NCBI GenBank assembly: GCA_963845565.1
Contig: CAWJSJ010000001.1
Location: 32,001-96,000, forward strand
DNA: 64,000 nt
Reading direction: 5' to 3'
From: an uncultured Methylomirabilota bacterium
GTDB lineage: Bacteria > Methylomirabilota > Methylomirabilia > Methylomirabilales > 2-02-FULL-66-22
Of the stretch, positions 20,720 through 30,778 are shown one piece after another; positions within the stretch are counted from its first letter, which is position 1, and the number at the start of each line of letters is the position of its first letter. Below the pieces are notes generated by a model. That model had not been told where the DNA came from and ran no database searches. It worked only from the letters and a program-made list of their open reading frames with translations. The position numbers and the translations under genes were made by a program.

Positions 20720-21691
20720 ATGCGCGAGCGAACGTCGTGGGTCATGATGGCGGCGCTGGTTGGGCTTCTGCTGACGGGTCCGGCGGTCGCGGCGGACTTC
20801 CCGACGAAGCCGGTGAACCTGGTGGTGGGTTTCGCCGCGGGAGGTGAGACGGACATCGTCGTCCGCGCGATGAATGACAAGCTCGGGGAAAGGCTGGGAC
20901 AACCGGCGGTCGTGCTCAATAAGGCGGGCTCCGGCGGACTGATCGGGGCGGAATTCGTGGCCAAGTCCAAGCCGGACGGGTACAACTTGCTCACCTTGAG
21001 CCTGTCCCACATCCTGCGGCAATCGGCGGATTCCCAGATGCCCGTGAATGTGCTGAAGGATTATGAGCCCATCTGTCGTTACGTCACGCAGCCGCTGGTG
21101 GTGGTGGTGAAGGGCGATGCGGCCTACAAGACGATCGAGGAACTGATCGACTTCGGCCGCAAGAACCCCGGGAAACTGAGTTTCGGCTCGCCGGGGGTGG
21201 GCAGCCTCGGGCATTTCAGTGGCGAGTACTTCAAGGCCACGACCAAGATCACGTACAAACACGTGCCCTTCCAGGGTTCGGCCCCGCTCACCACGGCTCT
21301 GATGGGGGGACATATTGACTTCCTCATCACGGCGCTACCCGCCGTGGCGGGGAAGATCCCATCGGGAGAGCTGAAGCTGCTGGCGACGTTCTCCGACGCC
21401 CGACTCGCGCAGATCAAGGATGTGCCGACCTTGAAGGAGAAGGGCTATCCGGACCTGGTCCTGCACGGATGGTTCGGCTATGTGGCGCCGGCGGGGACGC
21501 CCAAGGACGTCCTGGAGAAGCTGGGAAAGGCCATGCGGGACACGATCAAGGATCCGGCGATCGTGGCGGCCGTGACGAAGATGGATTTCAACGAAGCGTA
21601 TCTGGGTCCGGAGGAGCTGCGGGACTACATGAAGAGCGAGCTGGCCCGCTTCACCGAGGTGGCCAAGCGGGAGAAGATCGAGATCAAGTAG
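20720..21691 (+). CDS. tctC: TTT substrate-binding protein (Bug/TctC)
   Basis: FPTKPVNLVVGFAAGGETD, KPDGY, HVPFQGSAP, DVPTLKE.G, APAGTP. Confidence 0.94.
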   Translation: MRERTSWVMMAALVGLLLTGPAVAADFPTKPVNLVVGFAAGGETDIVVRAMNDKLGERLGQPAVVLNKAGSGGLIGAEFVAKSKPDGYNLLTLSLSHILRQSADSQMPVNVLKDYEPICRYVTQPLVVVVKGDAAYKTIEELIDFGRKNPGKLSFGSPGVGSLGHFSGEYFKATTKITYKHVPFQGSAPLTTALMGGHIDFLITALPAVAGKIPSGELKLLATFSDARLAQIKDVPTLKEKGYPDLVLHGWFGYVAPAGTPKDVLEKLGKAMRDTIKDPAIVAAVTKMDFNEAYLGPEELRDYMKSELARFTEVAKREKIEIK

Positions 21692-21780
21692 AGCAGAGAG
21701 CGGAGAGCGGAGGGAAGAGAGAGCCACGAGCCACGAGCCGCGAGCCGCGAACTGAGAACGGAGCGATGAGAGGCGAGAGG
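21691..21780. repeat. Degenerate 7-mer array
   Basis: gagccac gagccac gagccgc gagccgc gaactga... Confidence 0.7.
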
Positions 21781-21856
21781 TAAGGGCGGAACGGAACCGA
21801 TGATGGTGAACCGACCACGGCCTCGGGCGGTCCCCCGAGGCCATGGTGTTTTTGCC

Positions 21857-22627
21857 CTATTCCATCATCCGCTTGAGATAGGCCAGGGACCGGGGGATGC
21901 CGGACTCTTCGGGCTCCGGGGTCTCGTATTCGAAGCTCACCCAGCCGTCGTATCCCGCCTGCCGCAGCGCCGGGAAGATCCGGTCGTAGTCCACCTTTTC
22001 GTCCGATCCGTCGGGCGCCACCTGCCAGAACTTGGCGTGGACGTGCTCCACGACGCCGACCACTCGCTGGATGGACGGCCAGCCGTCCGTGAAGTTTCCG
22101 GTGTCGAGCAGGGGAATCAGGTGGGGGGAGTTGACCTCGCCGAGGACGCGCAGGAACTCTTCCGCGGTCGGCGTGAAGGCGCCGTGGTTGTGGTTCTCCA
22201 GCCCGAGCCGCACACCCGCATGGCAGGCGAAGTCGGCCACTTCTCGCAAGGCGTCGATCATGGCGGGCCAGCGCTCCTTGCGGTCGCCCTCGGGGTAGCC
22301 GGCGAATACCCGGACCAGCGGCGCGCCGAGCTGCTCGGCAACCTCGACCCACTGCTTGACCTTGGTGACCTCGCTCTGGCGCAGCGTGGGGTCGATCCGG
22401 CCGAAGTCGTTGTGCGCGCCCACGGCGACAATGGACAGGTTCAGCTCCCGCGCCGTCCGCCGAAGCATTGCCAGGTAGGCGGAGCGGGTCTGGGGGAAGT
22501 GGATGTCCTGGAGCTCCACACCCTGGACTTTGAGGTCGGCGGCGCAGCGATGGAGAAAGCGGATCTGATCCATGGCGCCGCTGTCGAAGGAGCGATTGAA
22601 GGTTCCGCAGATGCATCCGAGTTTCAT
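21857..22627 (-). CDS. Sugar phosphate isomerase/epimerase (xylose isomerase-like TIM barrel)
   Basis: LENH, LDTGN, HVHAK, GYDGWVSFEYE. Confidence 0.88.
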   Translation of the reverse strand: MKLGCICGTFNRSFDSGAMDQIRFLHRCAADLKVQGVELQDIHFPQTRSAYLAMLRRTARELNLSIVAVGAHNDFGRIDPTLRQSEVTKVKQWVEVAEQLGAPLVRVFAGYPEGDRKERWPAMIDALREVADFACHAGVRLGLENHNHGAFTPTAEEFLRVLGEVNSPHLIPLLDTGNFTDGWPSIQRVVGVVEHVHAKFWQVAPDGSDEKVDYDRIFPALRQAGYDGWVSFEYETPEPEESGIPRSLAYLKRMME

Positions 22628-23508
22628 GGGGCGAGTCCTTTCGGGGGTCTGACGGTTTTCAGGGCGGCCAGCACCTGCCGGTGGAGCACCACGTTGGCAC
22701 TGCAGACCAGGCGATACACGGCGTGGATGTCGGGCGTGAAGCGGACGGGCGAGCCATCCCAGCCGGTCACGACGCAGCCGGCGCGCTCGGCGATGTAGGC
22801 GCCGGAGTAGACCTCGGTCAGCGCCTCGTTCCAGGCGAAGTAGACGTCGATCCGGCCGGCGGCGACATCGACGAATCCCCCCGGACCGCCGTTGGGGAAG
22901 ATCAACGCGGCGCGCTCCATCAGCGGGCGCAGCGCGGTGGAGGTCGCGTACAGGAATTCCGGTTTCTTCATGTAGGTTTCCAGGAACGCCCCGGTCAGCT
23001 GTCTGGTGGGCGCGGGGCGGAGCGGCACGGGCCGAGCCCCCGGCCGGGGGATCCGGACGGCACCCGCGCGGTCTGCGAGCGCGACTTCTTTCGTGTTATG
23101 GTCGATCAGGCCCGCGATCCGGGCCGACCCGTCCTGCCCGTAGATGCCGACCGCGGTGAACCAGTGTGCCCGGATCCCTCGGCGATACAGGAGGCTCCCG
23201 TCGAATGGGTCCATGACCACGAAGACGGGGTCGGGGATGCGGGGTGTGGGGCTCGATCCTTTGACGAGTGGCCGCTCCCCGGCTTCCTCGGAGAGCAGCG
23301 TCCCGTGGACGCCGGATCGTCGCAGGGCGGCGATGACCGCCCGCTCGGCGGCGGTGTCCACCCCAATGGTTTCAGGATCCCACGACCGGTACCCGGCGAC
23401 GCGTCCCGCCACGACCCGCCTGCCTGCCGCCGGGGTCAGCCTGTTGACGGCCGCATGGGCGGCCTGGAGCGCCCCGAGCATGATGGGGCGCCATGCGACC
23501 GGTTTCAT
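22624..23508 (-). CDS. Inositol monophosphatase/FBPase-family phosphatase (atypical)
   Basis: VDTAAE, LLSEE, MDPFDGS, GRIDVY, AERAGCVVTGWDG; start overlaps the creatininase stop (TGATG). Confidence 0.8.
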   Translation of the reverse strand: MKPVAWRPIMLGALQAAHAAVNRLTPAAGRRVVAGRVAGYRSWDPETIGVDTAAERAVIAALRRSGVHGTLLSEEAGERPLVKGSSPTPRIPDPVFVVMDPFDGSLLYRRGIRAHWFTAVGIYGQDGSARIAGLIDHNTKEVALADRAGAVRIPRPGARPVPLRPAPTRQLTGAFLETYMKKPEFLYATSTALRPLMERAALIFPNGGPGGFVDVAAGRIDVYFAWNEALTEVYSGAYIAERAGCVVTGWDGSPVRFTPDIHAVYRLVCSANVVLHRQVLAALKTVRPPKGLAP

Positions 23509-24257
23509 CACCATTCGGTTCCTTTCGTGTCGATGGTCTGGAGCAGGCGCGCGATCTCCGCGACGGCATGGCTGATCCCCCGGTCCCCCAGCACGCGCGA
23601 GACCTTGGACGTGTCGCCCCGCACGCCGGTGGGGAACTCGGTCTCGGGATGGGCCGCGATCTGGAAACGGGAGAGGCGCGGGCGAGTGACCGGCGGGATC
23701 CGGTCCAGGTGAACCAGGTCTTCCGCGACCACCAGCATCTCGGAGGTCTCGATCGAGCCGGCGTGGCCGTCCGTGCCCACCAGGCCAGCTTCCTCCCGAA
23801 TGGGGTCGACAAAGGCGTAGGGACCGATGACCAGGATGCGGAGCGCGGGGTCGGCGTTGACGAGGGGCAGAGCGGCCTCGCGCATGGCGCCTTCCTGGGC
23901 GTCTTCGGCGTGGCCGGCGAGCAGGGCGATCTTGCGGGCACCGTGCCGCACGTACTCCGACAGGATCTCGCGCAGGAGCGGTGTGAAGGTACCCGGCGAG
24001 AGGGAGATGGTCCCGGCGAAGTTCCGCATGGTCCGGCAGACGCCGTAGGGGAACCCCGGCGCCATCAAGCCATGCACCCGCTTGGCCACGGCCAGGCAGA
24101 CGTGCTCCGCGTAGAGGAAGTCGGTCCCGAGCGGGAGATGGGGGCCGTGCTGCTCCACCGCGCCGAAGGGGAGGAGGAGCCAGCGGCCCTCCGTCATCGC
24201 CTGGGCGAATTCGTCGCGCGTCAAGTCGGTGACTCGGTATCTCTGCATGTCTTGCAT
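23508..24257 (-). CDS. Creatininase-family amidohydrolase
   Basis: GAVEQHGPHLPLGTD, GHAGSIETS, GVRGD. Confidence 0.92.
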   Translation of the reverse strand: MQDMQRYRVTDLTRDEFAQAMTEGRWLLLPFGAVEQHGPHLPLGTDFLYAEHVCLAVAKRVHGLMAPGFPYGVCRTMRNFAGTISLSPGTFTPLLREILSEYVRHGARKIALLAGHAEDAQEGAMREAALPLVNADPALRILVIGPYAFVDPIREEAGLVGTDGHAGSIETSEMLVVAEDLVHLDRIPPVTRPRLSRFQIAAHPETEFPTGVRGDTSKVSRVLGDRGISHAVAEIARLLQTIDTKGTEW

Positions 24258-24292
24258 TCCGTCCTCTCAGGGTAGATGGCAATCAGGCCCGT

Positions 24293-24370
24293 GGGCAACT
24301 CGGCAATTGGGCGACTGGGCAATTGGGGGGGTGCGGCCGGATTGCCCAATCACCCAATTGGCCAGTCGCC
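24293..24370. repeat. Inverted pair of degenerate 8-mer arrays
   Basis: gggcaact cggcaatt gggcgact gggcaatt ... attgccc aatcaccc aattggcc agtcgcc. Confidence 0.75.
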
Positions 24371-24395
24371 AACGTGCCGGATTGCCGGGTGTCCC

Positions 24396-25466
24396 TCAGT
24401 CCGTCACCGTCCACGACCGCACGCGGCGCAGGCGAAGCCGCACGGAGTCGCCGTTCTGGTACCGATGGCGCGCGTCGCTCTGGACGCGGAGCTCGGCGTC
24501 CTGCCCCAGCCGCAGGCGGTAATCCATGGTGTCGCCGAGGTAGGTGGCCTTCTCCACGCGGGCCTCGAAGAGGTTCGTTTCCGGCGGCGTCTGCGGCGGC
24601 AGGATCTCGATCTCGTTGGGGCGCAGGAAGAGCAGCACCTTCTGCCCCTGGCCGACGCCGGACAGCGCCGGCGTGCTCACCTGAAGGCCGCTCGCCGTGA
24701 CGACCATCTCCGGGCCGCGGACCGCCTGCACCTTCCCCTCCAGGAAGTTCGAGAGGCCGATGAATTCCGCCACGAAGCGCGAGCGGGGGCTTTCGTAGAT
24801 CTCCTCGGGCGTCCCCAGTTGCTCCAGGCGCCCGCGGTTCATGATGGCAACCCGGTCCGACAGGGCCAGCGCCTCGCCCTGGTCGTGCGTCACGTACATG
24901 GCGGTGATCCCCAGGCGCGTGACCACCTCCTTGATCTCGAAGCGCATCTCCTCGCGGAGCTTGGCGTCCAGGTTGGAGAGCGGCTCGTCGAGGAGCAGTA
25001 CCTTGGGGTGGTACACCAGGGCCCGCGCCAGCCCGACCCGCTGCTGCTGCCCGCCGGACAGCTGGCGCGGGTAGTGGCTCACGTAGCCCTCCAGCCGGAC
25101 CAGCCGCAGCGCCTCGATCGCCCGCTTGGCCCGCTCCTCCTTCGGGAGGTTCCGGATCATCAGGGGGAAGCCCACGTTGTCGGCGACCGTCATGTGGGGG
25201 AAGAGGGCGAAGTTCTGGAAGACCATCCCCAGCTCGCGCTGGTGGGTGGGGACGTCGGTCACGTCCTTGCCGTCCAGAAAGATCCGGCCCTCGTCGGGAT
25301 GATTGGTGCCGGTCAGGCACCGCAGGGCCGTGGTCTTGCCGCACCCCGAGGGCCCGAGCAGGGTCATCAGCTCGCCCCGCCGGATGGTCAGGCTCAGGTG
25401 GTCGTTGGCCACGAGCGCGCCGTACCGCTTCGTCACGTCGCGAAACTCGATCATGGCATCGGGCAT
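24396..25466 (-). CDS. ABC transporter ATP-binding protein (PotA-like, TOBE domain)
   Basis: [28 protein letters not shown]. Confidence 0.95.
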   Translation of the reverse strand: MPDAMIEFRDVTKRYGALVANDHLSLTIRRGELMTLLGPSGCGKTTALRCLTGTNHPDEGRIFLDGKDVTDVPTHQRELGMVFQNFALFPHMTVADNVGFPLMIRNLPKEERAKRAIEALRLVRLEGYVSHYPRQLSGGQQQRVGLARALVYHPKVLLLDEPLSNLDAKLREEMRFEIKEVVTRLGITAMYVTHDQGEALALSDRVAIMNRGRLEQLGTPEEIYESPRSRFVAEFIGLSNFLEGKVQAVRGPEMVVTASGLQVSTPALSGVGQGQKVLLFLRPNEIEILPPQTPPETNLFEARVEKATYLGDTMDYRLRLGQDAELRVQSDARHRYQNGDSVRLRLRRVRSWTVTD

Positions 25467-25469
25467 GCG

Positions 25470-26306
25470 TCAGACTCCCTTGAATCCGCCGACCAGTTTC
25501 TCGGGCTTGGCGCGGCGCTGGATCATGGCCAGGATCACCAGGGACGGCACCACCATGATCACCGCCATGGCGCTGGTGATCTCCCAGTACCCGTCGCCCA
25601 CGGCCAGGTACGTCCGGACCGGCAGGGTGACCGTGTTCGGTCCGTAGGTCAGCAGCGTGAGCGTGAATTCGTTGTAGGAGTGGGTGAAGGAGAAGATCAT
25701 GGAGGCCAGGATTCCCGGCATGATGAGCGGCAGGACCACGTAGAAGAACCGCTTGATCGTGTTGGCGCCGCACACGCTGGCGGCCTCCAGGATGCGCTCG
25801 TCCAGCCCCTCGAAGGTGGCCGAGAGGACCAGGATGGCGTAGGGGGCGCAGACCGAGACGTGGGCCAGCGCGACACCGAGATGGGTGTCCACCAGCTCCA
25901 GAGCGTAAAAGATCTTGGCCACGCCCAGGGCGTAGGTGATGGGCGGGATCATGCGCGGCAACAGGACGATGGCCATCACCAGCTCCCGACCGGGCATCTG
26001 GCGGCGGCCGAAGGCCCAGCCGGCGAAGATGCCGATGACCGTGCTCACGACCACGGCAATGAGCCCGATGATGAGGGTGTTCTTCATGACCTCGGGGATG
26101 TTGCCCACCTCGACGGCCCAGCGGTACCACTCCCAGGTGAGCTGCGGCGGGAACCAGAGTCTGCCGAACCAGCCCTTGCCGACCGAGCGCAGGGCGATCA
26201 TCAGAAACGGGGCGGTGATGAGGAGGGTGAGGCAGACGCACAGGGTATAGCCCAGGATGAACCAGCCGTGGCGCAGGCCGGCCAGGTAGGCGCGCAGGAG
26301 GGTCAT
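25470..26306 (-). CDS. ABC permease (PotC-like)
   Basis: EAA loop LEAASVCGA, PLIMPG, SYNEF, TLPV; start MTLLRAY overlaps the upstream stop. Confidence 0.9.
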   Translation of the reverse strand: MTLLRAYLAGLRHGWFILGYTLCVCLTLLITAPFLMIALRSVGKGWFGRLWFPPQLTWEWYRWAVEVGNIPEVMKNTLIIGLIAVVVSTVIGIFAGWAFGRRQMPGRELVMAIVLLPRMIPPITYALGVAKIFYALELVDTHLGVALAHVSVCAPYAILVLSATFEGLDERILEAASVCGANTIKRFFYVVLPLIMPGILASMIFSFTHSYNEFTLTLLTYGPNTVTLPVRTYLAVGDGYWEITSAMAVIMVVPSLVILAMIQRRAKPEKLVGGFKGV

Positions 26307-27176
26307 CGGACACCTCCGGCGTGTCCCCCGGCGCGGCGCGCGATCCGCATGTACACCGCCAGGAAGGCGACCTGCAGGACGCCCATTACCATGGCGATGG
26401 CCGACGCCGCGGACCAGCGGGCGGGGATCGGAATGGAGATCTGCTTGTAGATCTCCACCGCCAGGGGTCGGTAATCGCCGCCGGCGATGAGCGGCACGCT
26501 GAAGGCGCCGAAGGCGGCCATGAAGGTCAGGACGGACCCGGCGAGGATGCCCGGCGTGATCAGGGGCAGCACGATGTGGCGCAGGACCTGCCATCGGTTC
26601 GCCCCGGCCACGGCGCCGGCCTCCTCGATGCCCGGGTCGAGCGATTCCAGCGCGGACATGGTGGTGACGCAGGTGTACGGGAAATAGAGCCACAGGTAAC
26701 AGAAGATGAGTCCCTGGATGGTGTAGTTGATCCGGAGTGGCGTCGTCACGCCGGGCACGAACTGGAGCAGGAAGAGATTGAACCACCCGCGCGACCCCCA
26801 GAAGAGCAGAAGCCCCAGCGCCCCGATGAGCCCCGGGATCACCAGCGGGACCAGAATCATCAGGCGGTACAGCCGGTGCCCGCGCACCTTCGCGCGCAGG
26901 GTCAAGCGCGAGCGGGACCGACATCAGCACGGAGAGCGCCGTGGACGCGAGAGACAGGATGAAGGTCAGCAGGATCACCCAGCGGCCGTCCGCGTCGGAC
27001 AAGAAGCGGGTGTAATTCTCCAGGGTCCACCCCACTTCCAGCCCCTCGGGCCGGAAGCTGAGGACGACGGTGAGCAGCATGGGGTAGAAGAAGAGGCCGA
27101 AGAAACATATCAAGGCGGGCAGAAGCAGGAAGAAGGTGATGCCGTGAACGGAGTGCTTGCGCCACAAAGCCGTCAT
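26303..27176 (-). CDS. ABC permease (PotB-like), +1 frameshift near 26905
   Basis: MTALW...SVPLAL continues as TLRAKVRG...EEAGAVAGA in the next frame. Confidence 0.85.
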
Positions 27177-27269
27177 GCCGTCCTCACGGGGGAACCGGGC
27201 GGGTGGGGGAGGCTGTCATCCACCCCCACCCGGATTGTTATCTGACCCGCACGGTGTGTGAGCAGCCTG

Positions 27270-28406
27270 CTAGGGCAGCAGCTCCTTCGCGTGCCCCTTG
27301 ATGTAGTCAATGACGTCCTTGCGGATCCGGTCCCGCGGGATGGCGGTTTTGGTCAGGACGTCGAGCTTGGGCACCATCTCCCAGGCGATGGCGGGGACCT
27401 GGTCGGTGATGTCGGTGCCGGGATACTGCCACATGGTGGTGATGAGCCGGATCTGCTGGTCGTCGGACAGGAGGTAGTTGAGGACCTTGAAGGCGACCTC
27501 CTTGTACTCCTGCGGGATGCCGGCCGGGACGGCAAAGTAGCCGGTGCCAATCTCGTCCGCGCCTTCCGCCGGATAGGTCGCCCGGATGGTGGGGGGCATG
27601 GTGCCCTGCCGCGCGGACCAGAGGGCGTAGTCCTGCGCGTAAAGGGCGATCCAGGTCTCGCCGGAGTTAAAATCCTCAAACAGATTCACCGGCTCCGAGG
27701 GGAGCGGCGCCTTGGCATACTTCGTGAAATCCTTGAGCTTGTTCCAGGCGTCCTGGAAGGCGGGGTCCTTCTCCAGTTGCTCCATGGGCATCGCCATCTT
27801 GTTGCCGAGGAACGCGTGGAGGAAGACGAGGCGCTGCCGCCAGGCGGCGCTGGACTTGGCGTCCGGCCGGATCAGGCCGATGTGGCCCTTGAACTCCGCT
27901 CGGCGATCGTAGAACTCCTTCCAGGATTTGGGCGGCTCTTTGATGTACTGGCTGTTGTGGATCAACGCGTACGAGGTGCGCCAGTAGAGCAGGCCCTTGC
28001 TCTGAAGATCCACCCCCTCGTCGGACTTGAGGAACTGGGGATCGATCTTGGCCGCGTTCGGGACATTGGCGGCGGTCAGATTCTCCAGGGGGACGCCGGA
28101 CTTGACCCAGGTGGCGATGGACTTGGCGAACAGGATGTGGAAGTCGCCCTGTCCCGGTCGCCACGCCTTGGTCTTCTGGATCTGTTCCGCGTCGGCGGTG
28201 ACGAGGTATTTCAGGTTGACGCCCAGCGACTGCTTGACCGCCGGGATTACGTTCCTCTGCCAGTAGGTCTGGAAGTTCGCTCCAGACATGCTGTCGGCGA
28301 CCACCAACTCGGTCGGGGCGCCGGCCCCCGCGGGGGCGGCCATCGCGGCCCCCAGCACGAGCATCGTGAGGAGCAACATCATCGTGGCCCAAGATCGGAT
28401 TCGCAT
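27270..28406 (-). CDS. ABC extracellular solute-binding protein (polyamine/opine-like class)
   Basis: Signal peptide; [16 protein letters not shown]; heads the permease-permease-ATPase operon. Confidence 0.85.
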   Translation of the reverse strand: MRIRSWATMMLLLTMLVLGAAMAAPAGAGAPTELVVADSMSGANFQTYWQRNVIPAVKQSLGVNLKYLVTADAEQIQKTKAWRPGQGDFHILFAKSIATWVKSGVPLENLTAANVPNAAKIDPQFLKSDEGVDLQSKGLLYWRTSYALIHNSQYIKEPPKSWKEFYDRRAEFKGHIGLIRPDAKSSAAWRQRLVFLHAFLGNKMAMPMEQLEKDPAFQDAWNKLKDFTKYAKAPLPSEPVNLFEDFNSGETWIALYAQDYALWSARQGTMPPTIRATYPAEGADEIGTGYFAVPAGIPQEYKEVAFKVLNYLLSDDQQIRLITTMWQYPGTDITDQVPAIAWEMVPKLDVLTKTAIPRDRIRKDVIDYIKGHAKELLP

Positions 28407-28562
28407 CGCCGCTCTCCTTCCTGACTGAGAGTGCACGTGGACACGACCGTATCACGCGTTTGCTGCGTTTCCCCGCTCCGCCATCACCCCCTTCCACCCC
28501 CAGAGGGCATTCATTCTGCCAAAGTGTTTCACTTCTACCCGCCAAGGTCAAGAGGCGCCGAG

Positions 28563-28720
28563 GACGAGAGCGAATAGAGCGTAGAGCCGCGAGCCGAGGG
28601 TGTCGAGCCGCGAGCCGCGAGCTGAGAATTGAGAGCGTAGAGCCGAGAGCCGACAGAGGAATTCGACAGGGGCCGAAATGGTTTCCCGCTGTCGGACATC
28701 GCTGTCGCTGTCGTTTCGCT
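28563..28720. repeat. Degenerate 7-mer array plus 6-mer tcgctg array
   Basis: tagagcg tagagcc gcgagcc ... gagagcg tagagcc gagagcc; tcgctg tcgctg tcgttt. Confidence 0.7.
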
Positions 28721-28721
28721 T

Positions 28722-29876
28722 TCACACGCGAACTCGCTGGCCGGTTCGGGCGGCCTCGAGCAGGGCGTCGCACACCACCGCGTTCCGGTAGCCGTCCTGG
28801 AAGTCGGCCGCCAGCGGCGTCACCGCGCCTGGCCCGACGATCGCCCGGACCAGATGATACAACTGATGGACGAAGGTATGCTCCCATCCCAGGATGTGCC
28901 CCGGCGGCCACCAGCGGCCGCCGTAGGGGTGGTCCTGATCGGTGACGAGGACGGTCTTGAACCCCCGATCCCGCCGCTCCTTGACTTCCGTCTTGAACAC
29001 CTCCAGCTCGTTCAGGCGCTCCAGATTGAACCGCAGGCTTCCCCGGGTGCCGTTGGCCTCGACCGTCAGGTAGTTCTTCTGGCCCGGGCAGCAGCCCGAG
29101 GCCTCCAGCGTCCCCAGGGCGCCGCCGCTGAACTCCACCGCGCCGACGAAGCAGTCCTCGACGTCCACGGGTTTGGTCCGACGCGCGCCCGCCGTGACGG
29201 GGCGGCGCGGCACCACGATCCGGGACATTCCGCAGACGCTCCGATACTCCCCGACGAGAAAGCGGCCCAGATCCAGGGCGTGGGAGGCGAGATCCCCGAT
29301 CACGCCGCTGCCGGCGCGCCGCCCTTCCTGACGCCAGGTGTGCGCCGTCTTGGGATCGCTCAGACTGTCGTCGGTGTAGCGCATCCGGAAGTGGACGATG
29401 GCGCCCAGCTCGCCCGCCTGGATCATCTCCCGGGCGAGCCGCACGGCGGGAATGAACCGGTAGTTGAAGCTCACCTGGTGGACGAGGCCGCGGCGGCGGC
29501 GCACGGCATCCCAGATCTGCTTCGCCTCTCCGGCGTTGCGGCCGAGCGGCTTCTCGCAGAGCAGGTGCTTGCCGCTCGCGGCCGCGGTGAGGCACGGCTC
29601 CCGGTGCAGGTCGTTGGGGGAGCAATTGATGAGGAGGTCGATCTGGGGGTCCTCGGCCACGCGGCGCCAGTCGGTCGCCGCGTACGCGAAGCCGTAGCGG
29701 CGGGCCGCCTCGTCCACCCCGGCGGGGGAGCGCCCGGCGACGCCGACCAGCCGAAACTGGACCGGCGTCGGCCAGAAGATGTAGGGCACCTTCTTCAATG
29801 CGTTCAGATGAGCGCGGGCCACCCCCGCATACCCCAGGATTCCGATGCCCAGTGTGCGCGGTGTCCTCGTCGCCAT
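28722..29876 (-). CDS. Gfo/Idh/MocA oxidoreductase
   Basis: GILGYAG, KHLLCEKP, FNYRF.PA, GDLASH..D, WWPPGHILGWEHTF. Confidence 0.93.
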   Translation of the reverse strand: MATRTPRTLGIGILGYAGVARAHLNALKKVPYIFWPTPVQFRLVGVAGRSPAGVDEAARRYGFAYAATDWRRVAEDPQIDLLINCSPNDLHREPCLTAAASGKHLLCEKPLGRNAGEAKQIWDAVRRRRGLVHQVSFNYRFIPAVRLAREMIQAGELGAIVHFRMRYTDDSLSDPKTAHTWRQEGRRAGSGVIGDLASHALDLGRFLVGEYRSVCGMSRIVVPRRPVTAGARRTKPVDVEDCFVGAVEFSGGALGTLEASGCCPGQKNYLTVEANGTRGSLRFNLERLNELEVFKTEVKERRDRGFKTVLVTDQDHPYGGRWWPPGHILGWEHTFVHQLYHLVRAIVGPGAVTPLAADFQDGYRNAVVCDALLEAARTGQRVRV

Positions 29877-30778
29877 CACGTCCTCCGCGGCCCGAGTGCC
29901 CGCGGTGCGAGCGCGGCGAGCAGCCGGCGGTGAATGTGGCCGTTGGTAGCCAGAATCGTCGATTGACTCAGGTCGAGGGCCCGTCCGGCTCCATCCGTCA
30001 CGCGGCCGCCCGCCTCCCGGACGAGGAGCGCGCCGGCGGCGATGTCCCACGCCTTGGCGCTTTGCTCCCAGTAGCCGTCCAGCCGGCCGGCGGCGACACC
30101 GGCCAGCGCAAATCCCGCGCCGAAGGTCTGGACGTTTCGGACCCGCAGGGCCAGCGCGGCGATCCGCTCGCGCAGCGGTCGGTTTCCCCAGACGGAATCG
30201 TCGTGCCACAAGGCGACGATGGTCTCCGCCAGGCGACGTCGCTGCGACACGGCAATCCGGCGGCCGTTCAGCCAGGCGCCGCGCCCGCGCTCGGCCACGA
30301 ACGACTCGCCGAGGCAGGGGACATACGTCACGCTCGACTCCAGGGTGCCCCGGCGCTCCAGGGCAATCAGCACCGAGAAGATGGGGAGGCCGGCCACGAA
30401 GCCGATGGTTCCGTCCAGCGGGTCCACGATCCAGCGGCCGTCTGGCCCCTCCGCCGCGCCCCCCTCCTCGCCGAGGAAGCCGATGCGGGGGAATTGGCGG
30501 TGGAGGAGCCGGCGGATGCACCGTTCCGCGGCGGCGTCCGCCTCGGTGACCGGGTCCTTGGCCGATTTGAGGCGGACAGCCCCGAACCGGCCGACGCGGG
30601 CGAGGAGCAGGTCGCCCGCCGCCTGGGCCGCGGCGATGGCCGCGCGAGTCTCCGGGGAGAATCGTGCTGCGGTTCGGCCGTGCGGCAGTTCGACGCTACC
30701 GGAACCTCCGTGCCGCCGAATCCCTGAACCGTCGAACCGTCGAACCATCGAATCGTCGAACGCCTCCGCGCCCCTCAT
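29876..30778 (-). CDS. Inositol monophosphatase-family phosphatase
   Basis: VTEAD, GEE, VDPLDGT, WDIAAG; the ATGA-coupled start includes an 8-mer array, so the real start may be later. Confidence 0.9.
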   Translation of the reverse strand: MRGAEAFDDSMVRRFDGSGIRRHGGSGSVELPHGRTAARFSPETRAAIAAAQAAGDLLLARVGRFGAVRLKSAKDPVTEADAAAERCIRRLLHRQFPRIGFLGEEGGAAEGPDGRWIVDPLDGTIGFVAGLPIFSVLIALERRGTLESSVTYVPCLGESFVAERGRGAWLNGRRIAVSQRRRLAETIVALWHDDSVWGNRPLRERIAALALRVRNVQTFGAGFALAGVAAGRLDGYWEQSAKAWDIAAGALLVREAGGRVTDGAGRALDLSQSTILATNGHIHRRLLAALAPRALGPRRT

